64,000 bases of DNA from Blastocatellia bacterium (GTDB lineage: Bacteria; Acidobacteriota; Blastocatellia; UBA7656). A model generated the notes under the pieces. The model saw only the letters and a list, made by a program, of their open reading frames with translations, made no database searches and was not told the origin of the DNA. The stretch lies in NCBI GenBank assembly GCA_963765495.1, contig CAVXWP010000001.1, positions 992,001-1,056,000 on the forward strand. The letters run 5' to 3'. How positions within the stretch are numbered: position 1 is the first letter of the stretch; each line of letters begins with the position of its first letter. The translations under genes were made by a program, and so were the position numbers. This document shows, piece after piece, positions 1-10,785 of the stretch.

Positions 1-454
1 CGTCGCGTTGCGCCTGAATATCGCGTGACTCAAGAACTGCAATTACCTGCCCCGCGCGTACGGGCTTGTTTTTGAGCAGAGCCATCTGCTTGATCTGAGC
101 GTTCATCTTTGCGCTGACCGTTGCTTCTTCGCGGGGAAAGATAGTGCCGATGGCAGATACCTCTTCCGCTATTGAATCGCGCTCGGCCTTTGCCACGCGA
201 ACGCTCACGACTATATTGGCCTCTTCTTCAGCCGCCTCGTCGGCCGACTTCGAAGACCAAAGCCAGATTACGGCGAGCACCACCAGAACGGCAACGACTG
301 AAAGGATAAGCCAGTCGCGTCCGTTCAAACGTGAAACCCGCTCCCGGAGCCGATTTCGCCAGAAATGCGGCTCATCGGAAACAGGCTCTGGCTCCGAGAA
401 AATAGACTCCGGCCTCTGGGGGCTGTTTTTGTCCTGATCTTCTTTCCAGTTCAT
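1..454 (-). CDS. RND efflux periplasmic adaptor (membrane fusion protein), runs off the window edge
   Basis: Hand-translated: MNWKEDQ...WLILSVVAVLVVLAVIWLW (TM)...VSVRVAKAERDSIAEEVSAIGTIFPREEATVSAKMNAQIKQMALLKNKPVRAGQVIAVLESRD, a typical MFP N-terminus. Its ATG overlaps the TolC stop (ATGA). Confidence 0.85.
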   Translation of the reverse strand, partial: MNWKEDQDKNSPQRPESIFSEPEPVSDEPHFWRNRLRERVSRLNGRDWLILSVVAVLVVLAVIWLWSSKSADEAAEEEANIVVSVRVAKAERDSIAEEVSAIGTIFPREEATVSAKMNAQIKQMALLKNKPVRAGQVIAVLESRDIQAQRD

Positions 455-1956
455 TGTCCTGCCGCCTGTCGGAGACGCGCGCGGGCTATCTGATAATCGA
501 AGAGCGCCTGAAACAGAGCGGCCCGCTGCGCGGCAAGTGTCGTTTGCGCGTCCGTGACCTCGATGATTTGAGCCTCGCCCGCGCGATAGCGAGAGATCGA
601 AGTTTGCAGATTTTGCTCCGCTTCCGTGATGCCGTTGCGCAATACGCTGACGCGAGCGGCAGCCGAAAGGGCCTGTGCCCGCGCCGAATAAAATTGCTGG
701 GTAAAGTTACGCAAGGCCAGATCGCTTTGCGACTTCAGCGATTTCGCCCGGAGGTCGGCCTGCCGCTCCCGGCTCTTTGTCAATCCCCAGTCAAAGATGG
801 GGATCGTGACATTGATTGTCGCAAGCACACCCGAGTGCTCTTTCAAGGGGTCGGGGTTTAGCGAGTCGGTATTGAATCCGCCGTATATCGAGTAGCTGAC
901 CTGCGGCAGGCGTTCGGCGTGAGCGGCCTTCTTTTCCTGTTCGGCTGCTCGGCGCTCGGCCTCGAACTGTTTGAGTTCGGGCCGCTGAGCGATAGTGGCC
1001 GTCGTGAAGCGATCAAGCTCGGCCGGGTCGGGCGGCGCTATCTCAAGATCGGTTGCGGCGATTGGTCTGGCCAGATCATACCCGACGAATACGCGCAGGC
1101 TGTCGGCGGCTACGATCTCTTCTGCGCGAGCCTGTTCCAGTTCGTCGCGGCGAGTGATGGTCTGCAAACGCGCGCGCGTCAGGTCTACCTGGGCGACTTC
1201 GCCGCCTTCGGCAAGCAACCCTGTGACGTGCTCGAATTCTTCTGCGGCGGCCAGTGTAAGCTCTGCCGAGCGGCGGCGCGCTGCGGCAAGCGCCAGCCCG
1301 TAATAGGTTTCATTGACGGCTGAAATCAACTCTCTGCGAGCCACTTCGGTCCCCGCCCGCGCCGCTTCGAGAAGCGCCTGATTGCGTCTGAGCGTAGCGC
1401 GCAGCCGGCCTGACAGGTCTATATCGCCCGCGACACCCGCAAGAGCTTCGTAGGCCGTGATCGCATCAGCGCTGATAAAGCTTGGCGAGCGCGGCACGCC
1501 TTGCAAGTGTGGGCCAGTAGCGGGCGAGTTGTAGGTGAAAGACAGGGGCGCGGTAATCTGCGGCAGAAAAGCGAGTCGCGCCTGCCGCACATCTTCGGCC
1601 GCGCTCAACTCGTTCAATTGCGCCTGTTGAAAATTTGACACCTGATTGAGCGCGAGGCTTACCGCATCATTTAAGGCCAGAGGAGTAGTCTGCGATGCGG
1701 GCGATTGGGTTTGCGGCTGAGTCGCCTGAGCCGGAGGCGATGCGGGGGCGGTCGGATTTGCGGGCGGGCTCTGAGGATTCTGTTGCTGCGTTTGAGCGGG
1801 CTCGGATGGTTTTGGTTCTTGCGCGGGCTCTTGCTGGCGACCCCATGCCCAGCCTGCTATCGCGGCAATGAGTGAGGCCGCGGTTAATATGCGCGCGAAA
1901 AAAATGAGATAGCCTTGCTCTCTCGCAAGAGCAGAGCATCGGGTTTGTTTGATCAT
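451..1956 (-). CDS. TolC-family outer membrane efflux protein
   Basis: Two OEP repeats (AFLPQIT, AERLPQVS, IPIFDWG, RYRAGEAQIIEVTDAQ) and a P/Q-rich linker after the signal. Start uncertain (ORF open to 2076). Confidence 0.9.
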   Translation of the reverse strand: MIKQTRCSALAREQGYLIFFARILTAASLIAAIAGWAWGRQQEPAQEPKPSEPAQTQQQNPQSPPANPTAPASPPAQATQPQTQSPASQTTPLALNDAVSLALNQVSNFQQAQLNELSAAEDVRQARLAFLPQITAPLSFTYNSPATGPHLQGVPRSPSFISADAITAYEALAGVAGDIDLSGRLRATLRRNQALLEAARAGTEVARRELISAVNETYYGLALAAARRRSAELTLAAAEEFEHVTGLLAEGGEVAQVDLTRARLQTITRRDELEQARAEEIVAADSLRVFVGYDLARPIAATDLEIAPPDPAELDRFTTATIAQRPELKQFEAERRAAEQEKKAAHAERLPQVSYSIYGGFNTDSLNPDPLKEHSGVLATINVTIPIFDWGLTKSRERQADLRAKSLKSQSDLALRNFTQQFYSARAQALSAAARVSVLRNGITEAEQNLQTSISRYRAGEAQIIEVTDAQTTLAAQRAALFQALFDYQIARARLRQAAGQ

Positions 1957-2097
1957 CTGTGTCTCAGGCCGTGGCAACCTCACCTGGTTATCCAAAATGT
2001 AGAAGAGGAAAAGGGGAATAGGCCGCGTCATCCGCGGCCTATTTGTGCTCGCCCTCTCGCTCAAATTCACATTCAATACTCTTGCCTCTAATCGTTT

Positions 2098-3006
2098 CTA
2101 CTCTTTATTGATAGTAGAGTTGTCGAGAATCTTGCCGTCGGGGCCTATCGCTTCTACATTCATGGATTTGTCTTCGACCTGGACTATCAGGAAGGAATTG
2201 ACCTCATCATTTCCGGCCTCAAATAATCCGCTCCTGCGATTCAGGTTTCCCTTTCGAAGCTGCCCGCTTGCGCCTTCCGTAAAGTAATGTACCCCATTTT
2301 GCGGTTTCACACGCTCGTAAACATGGTCGTGACCGGCAAAGACGGCATCCACCTTGTATTTTATAAACAGCGGCTCGACCAGTGCGCGCAGCCTGAGATC
2401 GGAACCGTGCTTTCGACCGGAAGAGTAGATCGGGTGATGAAAGAAGGCGACCTTCCATCTGGCTTTGGATGATTTCAAAGCGTCTTCGAGCCAGGACAAT
2501 TGTTTCTGGTCCATCTCGGTCGAATCGAGCGCAAAGAATTCAATGAGTCCGCCACCGGTCAGTTTATCAATCAGACCCTCTCCCTTTGTGAAACTATAAT
2601 AGCGGCGATTGTCCATGTGAAATTTATCGTAAGATATTTCTGCCGCCGCACCCTTTCGCTCGTCGTGATTTCCGAGCACGGCATAAAACTTTATCCCGTC
2701 ATCGAGCAAATCCTTGTAGGGGTCTTCGAATCGGGCCTTGATAAGTGTAGATTTGCCGTCGGGGTAGATGTTGTCGCCAAGCATAAGGACGAAATCGAAA
2801 TGGACCTTGTCGCGATAAGTTTTCATCTGGCGGGCAACCTGAAACTGCGGCTCCTCGCCTGTGCCCGTGTCGCCTATCACGGCGAAGGCGAGCGGGTCTT
2901 TCGCGGTAGTTATGTGAGTGGGTGTTGCCTCGGCGGCTACGAGCAGCGCCAGAAAGGCCGGAAGAAACAGAGCTTTTAGGATTAAGCTCAAGCGGCTGAT
3001 TGTCAT
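2098..3006 (-). CDS. secreted calcineurin-like metallophosphoesterase
   Basis: GDTG, GDNIY, GNHD, HHP and GHDH motifs, plus a signal peptide. Confidence 0.92.
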   Translation of the reverse strand: MTISRLSLILKALFLPAFLALLVAAEATPTHITTAKDPLAFAVIGDTGTGEEPQFQVARQMKTYRDKVHFDFVLMLGDNIYPDGKSTLIKARFEDPYKDLLDDGIKFYAVLGNHDERKGAAAEISYDKFHMDNRRYYSFTKGEGLIDKLTGGGLIEFFALDSTEMDQKQLSWLEDALKSSKARWKVAFFHHPIYSSGRKHGSDLRLRALVEPLFIKYKVDAVFAGHDHVYERVKPQNGVHYFTEGASGQLRKGNLNRRSGLFEAGNDEVNSFLIVQVEDKSMNVEAIGPDGKILDNSTINKE

Positions 3007-3043
3007 TGATCCTCGCGTGAATTCGATTTTAGCGACCCCTTAT

Positions 3044-3075
3044 ATTTTATTTGTTGCTGATGAACAGAAGATTAA
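3044..3075 (-). promoter_or_regulatory. putative OmpR-family tandem box plus -10
   Basis: TTAATC-N5-TTCATC-N9-TAAAAT, the same architecture as at 12958-12989. Confidence 0.65.
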
Positions 3076-3296
3076 CAGGGGGTTTGCGAAAAACTATTTA
3101 TTCGCCATAACAACCTCATTGCGGATCAGCCCGATTCTAGCACCTTGCTCGACAGGCTTCTATATCTGCTGCTTGCTTGCTCCACAGAGCGCTTTCTGTA
3201 TGCACATACCCAATCCAGCCAACTTCGCGGATAGGCAGGGTTGCGCGGTGGGGGGGAATAAGCGAAGGCCTCTTGCATAATTATATCCACCGGCTG

Positions 3297-4118
3297 TTAA
3301 TATCGAAGCGATGATCGAAAAACTTCATACAGAAGCAGGCTGCCCGCTACAGCGACATTGAGCGAATCCACGCCTTCTTTCATTGGGATGCGAACGAGAT
3401 CGCTGCATATTAACCGCTCGCCTTCGGTCAGACCGGTTCGCTCATTCCCCAGTAGAAGTATCGTAGGACGTGCGTAACAAACCTGGTCGTAATTCAATTG
3501 TCCATCGGGAGAAGCCCCGACTACCTGTAGATTGTGCGATTTTATCCAGTGCCGGAACTGTTTGGCATTTGTTCTCACTATCCTCTGGTTGAATATTGCA
3601 CCCATCGTCGCTCGGACTACATTCGGATCGTAAGGATCTATGCCGTCTCCGATGAAGATAAACCCTGCGCCGCCGACGGCTGCCGATGTTCGCATCAGCG
3701 ATCCCAGATTTCCAAGTGAACGGATTCGACTGAGAGCAACCCAGCATAGGCTTTCGTTGGGATTCGTCTGATCAAGCCTTTGGGCATGTTGGCGAAGTAT
3801 CGCTCCCACGCCAGATGCGCGTTCAGTCTGGGAGATTTGTCGAAACTGTTCTGGAGAAACGCGCGCGAATGGAGCCCCGGCGCGTTTCAACCTGCGCACC
3901 ATCTTTCTGGCGATGGGGGATATAAGAAGTTTCTCGCAGTAAAATAGTGCATCTATCGAGAAGCCGCAGTCTACTGCCAAGACGAAGTTGCGTATTCCTT
4001 CGACGAAGAACAGTCCATTATTGTCGCGATAGGCGCGATCGAACTGGAGCTTCTTGATCTTCGCTAAGACAGGAGCGATTTCCAATTGCCGAAAATCGGC
4101 TGTTGCTTCATCGCTCAT
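3297..4118 (-). CDS. TrmH/SpoU-family RNA 2'-O-methyltransferase
   Basis: FFVEG, GNLGSLMRT, LLGNERTGL and IPMKEGVDSLNVAVA SPOUT motifs. Confidence 0.93.
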   Translation of the reverse strand: MSDEATADFRQLEIAPVLAKIKKLQFDRAYRDNNGLFFVEGIRNFVLAVDCGFSIDALFYCEKLLISPIARKMVRRLKRAGAPFARVSPEQFRQISQTERASGVGAILRQHAQRLDQTNPNESLCWVALSRIRSLGNLGSLMRTSAAVGGAGFIFIGDGIDPYDPNVVRATMGAIFNQRIVRTNAKQFRHWIKSHNLQVVGASPDGQLNYDQVCYARPTILLLGNERTGLTEGERLICSDLVRIPMKEGVDSLNVAVAGSLLLYEVFRSSLRY

Positions 4119-4216
4119 TCTCCTTTAGCTGAACCGGATGGTTAGAGTAATTTGAAGGCATTTTCATTTGTCTTAGATAAGCAATTTGCTTTGAACAAAT
4201 TTTTCGGCTAAACCGA

Positions 4217-4257
4217 ATCGGACTGGCATTATACTCCAGTCCAATAAATTAAAACAA
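4217..4257 (-). promoter_or_regulatory. sigma70 promoter with an inverted-repeat operator around the -10
   Basis: TTGTTT-18-TATAAT. GGACTGG-N9-CCAGTCC (4220-4242) brackets the -10. Confidence 0.55.
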
Positions 4258-4750
4258 CATTTCCCTTAGCCTCATCGACGATCAGTTGAACACTTGATCT
4301 ATAACTTTGCTATTCCTAAACACCCTTTCAAGGCTAAACTGATCGAATAGCTCAACGACTGGTTAAATTCGATCAGAGTTTATACGCCTTGCGTGCGAGA
4401 AAAATGAGACGCGGGTGAAAAAGCTGTGAGAAAATCGGTCCAATGAGGCAGCAAAGGATGCAATCGACCAGCTATATTTGATAAGTTCTATCTGTATGTC
4501 GATAATCGCCAGCTACTATATTAGGTCTGGCCGCGAGCCTCTCAAAAGAGCAGAGGCTCGTGAAGATGATTAAAGAGATTCGCATGCTGCACGTAGGCGA
4601 TGCTGGTTATGAGGAGTCTGATCTGATCGAGGATCTGAAATACAAATGCGAGCGGCAGGGAATTGAGTGGGATGAGAAGCTTGTTTGTAAATTGCTTAAT
4701 CAAGCTGGTACAGGACGCTAAACTCTGAGTTAAGTCCGAAGGAGACCTGC

Positions 4751-5935
4751 ATGAAGGTTGCCATCAACGGTGCTGGCATCGCCGGTCCGACGCTAGCCTA
4801 CTGGCTGCGGGAATCCGGTCACGACGTGTTGCTCGTCGAGCAGTCGCCACAGCTTCGCAGCGGCGGCTATGCCATCGACTTCTGGGGGGTCGGCTACGAC
4901 ATCGCCGAAAAGATGGGTCTGCTTCCCCGAATTAGAGAATTGGGCTATCAGGTGAAGGAGGTGCGCTATGTCGACCGGCATGGCCGCAAGAGCGGCGGCT
5001 TCTCGGTCAACGTTTTCAGCCGCATGACCAACGGACGCTTCACCGAGCTGCGGCGCTCCGACCTTGCCGCCACGATCTACCGTGCGCTGGATGGAAGGGT
5101 CGAGACGATCTTTGGCGACTCCATTGTAAGGATCGAGGATGAGGGTAATCGCGTACGGGTCGACTTCGATCATGCTGCTCCGCGCGAAGTCGACCTGGTC
5201 ATTGGAGCGGACGGGTTGCATTCGCGTGTTCGCCAGCTAGTGTTCGGGCCCGAGGCAGGGTTCGAAGTCTCACTCGGTTATCACGTCGCCGCGTTTGAGA
5301 TCGAAGGTTATCGACCACGCGATGAACTCGTAGCGGTCAGCCACGCGGTTCCGGGAAGACAGATTTTGCGATTGTCCTTGCACGATGACGTGACGCTTTT
5401 TCTCTTCGTTTTTCGTAACGAGTACTTGACCGCCGAAAGTCCATCGAGCGAGCAAGAATGCAAATCGGTGCTAACAAACGTCTTTGCTGATGTCGGCTGG
5501 GAATGTCCCCGGATTCTCGCGGCAATGGAGGATGTCAGGGGCGTCTATTTCGACCGTGTCAGCCAGATTCGCATGGATCGCTGGACAACAGGACGCACGG
5601 CACTAATCGGCGATGCCGCAGCCTGCGTCTCCCTCGTTGCCGGTGAGGGAACAGGGCTTGCGATGGCCGAGGCTTATGTGCTCGCAGGCGAACTTCGCGA
5701 GAGCAGAGGCGATTATCGCGCTGCCTTCGCTCGCTATGAGGAACGCTTGATGCCGTTTTTGAAGCGCAAGCAGGAGTCGGCGGCGAAATTCGCCTCATCA
5801 TTCGCCCCGAAGACAGCCTTCGGCATCAAGTTCCGCGATGTTGTAACCCGGCTAATGCGAATACCTATAGTTGCAGATTATTTCATTGGCCGCGACCTTC
5901 GAGACGACATCAAACTCCCCGACTACCGGTTCTAG
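4751..5935 (+). CDS. FAD-dependent monooxygenase/oxidoreductase
   Basis: GAGIAG, VIGADGLHSRVR and ALIGDAA motifs, with a GGAG RBS. Confidence 0.93.
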   Translation: MKVAINGAGIAGPTLAYWLRESGHDVLLVEQSPQLRSGGYAIDFWGVGYDIAEKMGLLPRIRELGYQVKEVRYVDRHGRKSGGFSVNVFSRMTNGRFTELRRSDLAATIYRALDGRVETIFGDSIVRIEDEGNRVRVDFDHAAPREVDLVIGADGLHSRVRQLVFGPEAGFEVSLGYHVAAFEIEGYRPRDELVAVSHAVPGRQILRLSLHDDVTLFLFVFRNEYLTAESPSSEQECKSVLTNVFADVGWECPRILAAMEDVRGVYFDRVSQIRMDRWTTGRTALIGDAAACVSLVAGEGTGLAMAEAYVLAGELRESRGDYRAAFARYEERLMPFLKRKQESAAKFASSFAPKTAFGIKFRDVVTRLMRIPIVADYFIGRDLRDDIKLPDYRF

Positions 5936-6359
5936 CCAACAAGCCGTTACTGATGGGAGGATAGACAGAATGTTTCCTCATCTCAGATCGAGAGAAGGGC
6001 TTTCAGAGAAGATTGTGAAATACCCTGATCAAGCGCATTCTAGCCTGCTTCAAGCGATCTCCTGCCGGTTCAATGTCTGGAATGTCTCCGGCTCCGAGCG
6101 TTTGTAGGCGAGTTTAGAGCGTTGTAGAGGCAAAATAGAGAAGGGAATTGGACGAAGCTACATTACAGGCTCCGAGGGCGCGGTCGCGACGATCAGGACC
6201 TGGCTAAAGCGCGCCGCTGAATTCGTCCTTAGCCCTCCGATAGTAGCAATTCGATGAGTGCTTGAGGCGTTGATTGCCCATCAATACTCTGGTATGCTGC
6301 CACTCGATTTCCTCAATATTCTTGTCATTGTGCACAACCGGATTATGAGTCGAATCAAT

Positions 6360-6770
6360 ATGGGAAACAAACTTCAAAGGACGTATCTATTTTTCACACT
6401 AATTGCAACTCTCGTACTTGTTGTCCATACTGCCTTCGCGCAAACTGACAATACTCCCAAGAAGAGGCTGCGAAGCCCGGCGACAGTCAGGGGGGGCATT
6501 GGCGGCGAGGCACATGACAGCTATGTGATTCGGGCGCGTAAAGGCCAAACATTGACTGTGCAAATCTCCTGGCGAAACGAAGGCGACAATCACGCCGAGT
6601 TTACAATTAGCGAATCGCGTAACTTCTTTGATGCCGAGCAAGTGGGTTTTGGAAAGGCGTCGGACGATAATAAACGATGGACCGGAAAGGTTCCCAGGAC
6701 ACGTGATTATTACGTCTACGTAGTTGCCCATCCTTTGGCTCACTACACAATCAGGGTGACAACCAGATAG
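6360..6770 (+). CDS. secreted protein with a PPC-like (pre-peptidase C-terminal) beta domain
   Basis: Signal peptide ending AFA-Q; HDSYVIRARKGQTLTV...WTGKVPRTRDYYVYV pattern. Confidence 0.7.
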   Translation: MGNKLQRTYLFFTLIATLVLVVHTAFAQTDNTPKKRLRSPATVRGGIGGEAHDSYVIRARKGQTLTVQISWRNEGDNHAEFTISESRNFFDAEQVGFGKASDDNKRWTGKVPRTRDYYVYVVAHPLAHYTIRVTTR

Positions 6771-6908
6771 AGCTTTGTACCAAAGTATACCTCGCTGAGA
6801 AACCTACAATGCAGCAAAGATAGATAGGAGCGTCAGTTCGAAACATGATGATGAGCAAATGAAGCTTGCGAGGAGATAGATGTATTTTCGAGTTGAGAGA
6901 TAAGCGCA

Positions 6909-7316
6909 TCACATCACCAGCGCCGATCCTTCCTGCGTGAAGTCCAGCACCTCGCCACACTCACACCTCATAAACGGAGTCGAGCGCGCGTCAATCAATC
7001 GAGCCTCACGCATTCGGGCGCGTCGCTTCAAATCGGCAACGTTGCCGGTCGCAGTTAAAGCGGAGAAAAGAAATCTATGAGGCGATGCACCCTGAGACGG
7101 GCCACAGCAAAGCGCCCGGGTTATGCAGCAACTGCCAGGTGAGATGCGGTACTCGGCTGAAAATATCCCCTCAACTATTCCACCGGCAACGTTGCTGGTG
7201 ATTCGCTCGGCCGCTCCCTCCAGATCATCCGAGAACTGGCAAGCCAATATCTCGGCCTCATTCCAGACATCAGCCATCACAGATGAAAGCCCGGCCTCGG
7301 CCTGGGGTCTGAGCAT
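6909..7316 (-). pseudogene. possible gene remnant or hypothetical protein
   Basis: Open frame with a C-terminal CECGEVLDF motif, an in-frame stop just upstream and no clear RBS. Confidence 0.25.
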
Positions 7317-7501
7317 ATCCGCCTGTTTGATCGCATCGCCTAAAGCTCGGATAACTCATACTGGGCTCGACAAACTCTTGGCGTAAGGATTGAATTCTGT
7401 GGGAGTCGAACACCCATGCTGAGGGTTATACCTTATATTTTCTTGTTGTAATCCCACAGGAGACGTGATACCTTATGTGGCCATACAACAGGAGAAGATC
7501 T

Positions 7502-7855
7502 ATGGGAGAATCTAAGTTAGATTTATTGCAAGGGACACTCGACCTTATGGTACTACAGACGCTCGCAGCGATGGGAGCGATGCACGGTTACGGAATTGCT
7601 CGCCGGATCGAGCAAGTGAGCGGTGATGAAGTTCTGCTCAATCAGGGGACTATTTACGCTTCGCTTGTCAGGCTGCAACATCGAGGACTGATATCGGCCG
7701 AATGGGGAACCTCGGCTAACAATCGTAAGGCAAAGTTCTATTCCATCACCCAAAAAGGACGCAAACATCTCTCTGATGACGCGGCATACTGGCGCAGGCT
7801 TGCAACAGTTATGGGGAAGGTACTCGACATGCAGGAAGAAGGAGGGGAGCAATGA
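7502..7855 (+). CDS. PadR-family transcriptional regulator (acidobacterial type)
   Basis: DLLQGTLDLMVL, MHGYGIARRIEQ, NQGTIY and NNRKAKFYSIT motifs. Confidence 0.95.
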   Translation: MGESKLDLLQGTLDLMVLQTLAAMGAMHGYGIARRIEQVSGDEVLLNQGTIYASLVRLQHRGLISAEWGTSANNRKAKFYSITQKGRKHLSDDAAYWRRLATVMGKVLDMQEEGGEQ

Positions 7856-10494
7856 TCGATTTTGTGCAGCGAACGATTCGTCGTCTGATGGCTGTTTTCC
7901 GCTATGAGCAACTGGATAACGATCTCGACGAGGAAATGGCGGCTCATCTTGATCTGGCAACCGAAGAATACATCCAGCGCGGCATGTCGCCAGGGGAGGC
8001 TCGCCGCCATGCGTTAATTAGATTCGGCAGTCCAGGGCGTGCGAAGGAGCGGCATCGCGATGTTCGAGGCCTTCCTGCCGTGGAAATCCTGATTCAAGAT
8101 ATTCGGTATTCCCTTCGCGCCTTTCGACGGAATCGAGGGTTCACCATAGTTGCGGTATTGATACTCGCTCTGGGGATTGGCGCCAATATCGCCGTCTTCA
8201 GCGTAGTCAACACTATCTTGCTGCGGCCACTGCCTTTTCCTGACCCGCAACAGCTCGCGTGGCTGGCGGTCGGAAATGGAGAAGGCGGTCTATCGAGCGT
8301 CACCTACACCGTAAGCGCTTATGAAGAATTTCAGCGACATAATCAGTCTTTCCAACAGATCACAAGTTACAATCCATTTCTTGGCAACAGCGAAACAAAA
8401 TTGATAGGCCGGGGTGAACCGCAACCTGTCGCAGGTCTTATGATAGCTGAAAATTTCTTTCAAACTCTGGGCGTTCAACCTCTTCTCGGACGATTCTTTT
8501 TGCCCGAAGAATGCCAGAAGGGTGGCCCTCCGGCGGTTATTCTCGGCCACGCCTTTTGGCAGCGACAGTTTAGCGGCGACCCAAACATAGTTGGCCAGGC
8601 AATTACTCTGAATAACACAAGCGCGACGGTTGTCGGCGTGCTTCCTCCGAGCTTCGATTTCGGCTCCGTATTTTCGCCTGGTGTGAGAATGGATCTTTAT
8701 ATGCCTGCCCCTATGGATGTACTGCGCGATTGGGGCAATACACTTGCTTTGATTGGGCGGCTAAAACCAGGAGTAACGATAGCTCAAGCCCAGACGGAAG
8801 CTAATGTCGTCTTTCCAGAACTCAGGGCTGCGCATCCGGAATGGTTCATGGATTATTCTTCGACAATCACGGGGCTGAAAGATCACGTCAGTGGCAAGCT
8901 CCACCGGGCTCTCGTCGTATTGTGGTGCGCTGTAGGTCTCATATTTCTAATCATCTGCGTCAATCTTTCAAACCTGATGCTGGCGCGGACCGCTGCGCGC
9001 AGCAAAGAATTTGCCCTGCGCAGCGCGCTTGGTGCAACCCGGGGAAGATTGATTCGACAGCTTTTAACTGAAAGCCTGCTGTTATCGCTTGCCGGTGGAG
9101 TCTTTGGGTTGATGTTAGGGTTTGCGCTTACTTTTTACATTTCGCATCAAGGGTCAATCGCGCTGCCTCTGCTCAGCAGTGTTGGCGTGGATAGATCAGC
9201 CCTCATGTGGGCGGGAGTTATCACAATCAGCGCCGGGATACTTTTCGGACTGGCTCCGGGCCTCAGAATTTCCTCGGGCAATTTGCAGGAATCGCTCAAG
9301 GATTCGGGCCCCGGGTTGAGCGAGGGCAGGAAGCGATCCCGATTGCGTTCAGTGCTGGTTGTCTCGGAGATGGCGCTCGCCTGCGTCCTGCTTGTCGGCG
9401 CCGGTCTAATGCTGCGTAGCTTTTTGCGCGTGCTGGATGTAGATCTGGGTTTCAACCCGAGCCATGCGGCTGCGATCAAGATCGACTATGACGATGGTGG
9501 GAATCTGGAACGTCGCAGCGCGATACTTCAGGATATGCTGGAACAAGTCCGCGCTCTTCCCGGTGTGGAAGCCGCTGGTATCACGGATATGCTGCCCCTC
9601 GATAGGAATCGCAGTTGGAGCATGGTGGCAAAGGGAAGAGTCTATCCGAAGGGAGAGGATCTCTCGGTTTTCATCCGCATGGTTACGCCCGGATACATCA
9701 AAGCGATGGGCATGAAATTGCTTGAGGGGCGCGACTTCACCTGGGAAGACAATGCGAACAGCCAATCCGTAATCATCATCAACGAGGCGGCGGCCCGTCG
9801 TCATTGGCCCGGTGAAAATCCAATCGGACGTATGGTAAACGGCATCAGCAGAGGAGAGAGCCGGGTGATAGGAGTAATTGCGAATGTTCGCCAGAATAGT
9901 CTGGAAGAGGGTGTGGGACCGGAAGTTTTTACGCCCATGATACAATCAGACCCAGAAGGAGCGGAGCTGGTTGTTCGCTCCTCTCTTCCTCCCGAGGCGA
10001 TAGCTCCCAGCGTGATAGGCTCACTTCGCGCACGCAACTCTAATCAACTCGCGGCAGAATTTCGACCCGTCCAGCGGCTTGTCGATCACGCCGTCTCACC
10101 GCGCCGCTTCTTTGCAATGCTGGTCAGCGCATTCGCGGCTCTTGGTTTGATTCTGGCTGCGCTTGGTATCTACGGGGTCATCTCGTATTCTGTGACGAGG
10201 CAGACACAAGAGATCGGCATTCGTATGGCCCTCGGAGCTACATCAAGGCGAGTACAGCTAAGCGTCATCGCAAAGACCTTACGCCTGGCACTGGTAGGGG
10301 TTTGGATTGGGACACTTCTGTCCATGGCTGTGGCGAAGCTAATCGGGTCATTGCTGTTTGAAACGGTGCCGACTGATCTGGCGACCTTCGCGGGAACGAT
10401 TTTTTTGCTGAGTTGTGTTGCATTTGTTGCCGGGTACATTCCGGCGCGGCGGGCCTCAAGGATAGACCCCATGATTGCTCTCCGAAGTAACTGA
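7852..10494 (+). CDS. ADOP-type duplicated MacB/FtsX ABC permease
   Basis: LDEEMAAHL..EARRHALIRFG prefix, two MacB_PCD+FtsX units and a RRASRIDPMIALR end. ATGA overlap with PadR. Confidence 0.95.
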   Translation: MIDFVQRTIRRLMAVFRYEQLDNDLDEEMAAHLDLATEEYIQRGMSPGEARRHALIRFGSPGRAKERHRDVRGLPAVEILIQDIRYSLRAFRRNRGFTIVAVLILALGIGANIAVFSVVNTILLRPLPFPDPQQLAWLAVGNGEGGLSSVTYTVSAYEEFQRHNQSFQQITSYNPFLGNSETKLIGRGEPQPVAGLMIAENFFQTLGVQPLLGRFFLPEECQKGGPPAVILGHAFWQRQFSGDPNIVGQAITLNNTSATVVGVLPPSFDFGSVFSPGVRMDLYMPAPMDVLRDWGNTLALIGRLKPGVTIAQAQTEANVVFPELRAAHPEWFMDYSSTITGLKDHVSGKLHRALVVLWCAVGLIFLIICVNLSNLMLARTAARSKEFALRSALGATRGRLIRQLLTESLLLSLAGGVFGLMLGFALTFYISHQGSIALPLLSSVGVDRSALMWAGVITISAGILFGLAPGLRISSGNLQESLKDSGPGLSEGRKRSRLRSVLVVSEMALACVLLVGAGLMLRSFLRVLDVDLGFNPSHAAAIKIDYDDGGNLERRSAILQDMLEQVRALPGVEAAGITDMLPLDRNRSWSMVAKGRVYPKGEDLSVFIRMVTPGYIKAMGMKLLEGRDFTWEDNANSQSVIIINEAAARRHWPGENPIGRMVNGISRGESRVIGVIANVRQNSLEEGVGPEVFTPMIQSDPEGAELVVRSSLPPEAIAPSVIGSLRARNSNQLAAEFRPVQRLVDHAVSPRRFFAMLVSAFAALGLILAALGIYGVISYSVTRQTQEIGIRMALGATSRRVQLSVIAKTLRLALVGVWIGTLLSMAVAKLIGSLLFETVPTDLATFAGTIFLLSCVAFVAGYIPARRASRIDPMIALRSN

Positions 10495-10760
10495 AACTCC
10501 CACTTCGTCCAGGCGCAATCTGCAATGAGAGAGTAATCAGAGCTTACCTAAACCTACAAACTTTTTTGGAGGCATTCGGGTATGGAAAGGTTAGTGATCG
10601 GTGTCCCTGAGTTTCGTATTGAGCCTTTTTGAAGCTTTTACTTGCTGCGGGGCTTAATTGCTTCTTTGAGTGGGCGATTTCGTGGCTCCATAGATTTCGT
10701 TCCTCAAAGGGTCATCGCTCGCCGTGTGCGAAGCACATCTCAGGCCATCTCGGGCGATCC

Positions 10761-10785
10761 GGGCAAGGACAAGCCTTGCCCCTAC
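10761..10785 (-). repeat. GTAG-type REP palindrome
   Basis: GTAG-GGGCAAGG-cttgt-CCTTGCCC on the minus strand. Confidence 0.65.

Noticed and set aside
4440-4720. Small ORF MIKEIRMLH...AGTGR
   Set aside because: About 51 aa with no RBS and broken upstream frames. It is probably debris and cannot be assigned.
4720-6240. Integron cassette/attC sites around the monooxygenase (GTTAAGT upstream, gccaacaagcc downstream, gccgctgaattcgtccttagcc near 6215)
   Set aside because: Only partial resemblance, with no complete paired attC and no integrase.
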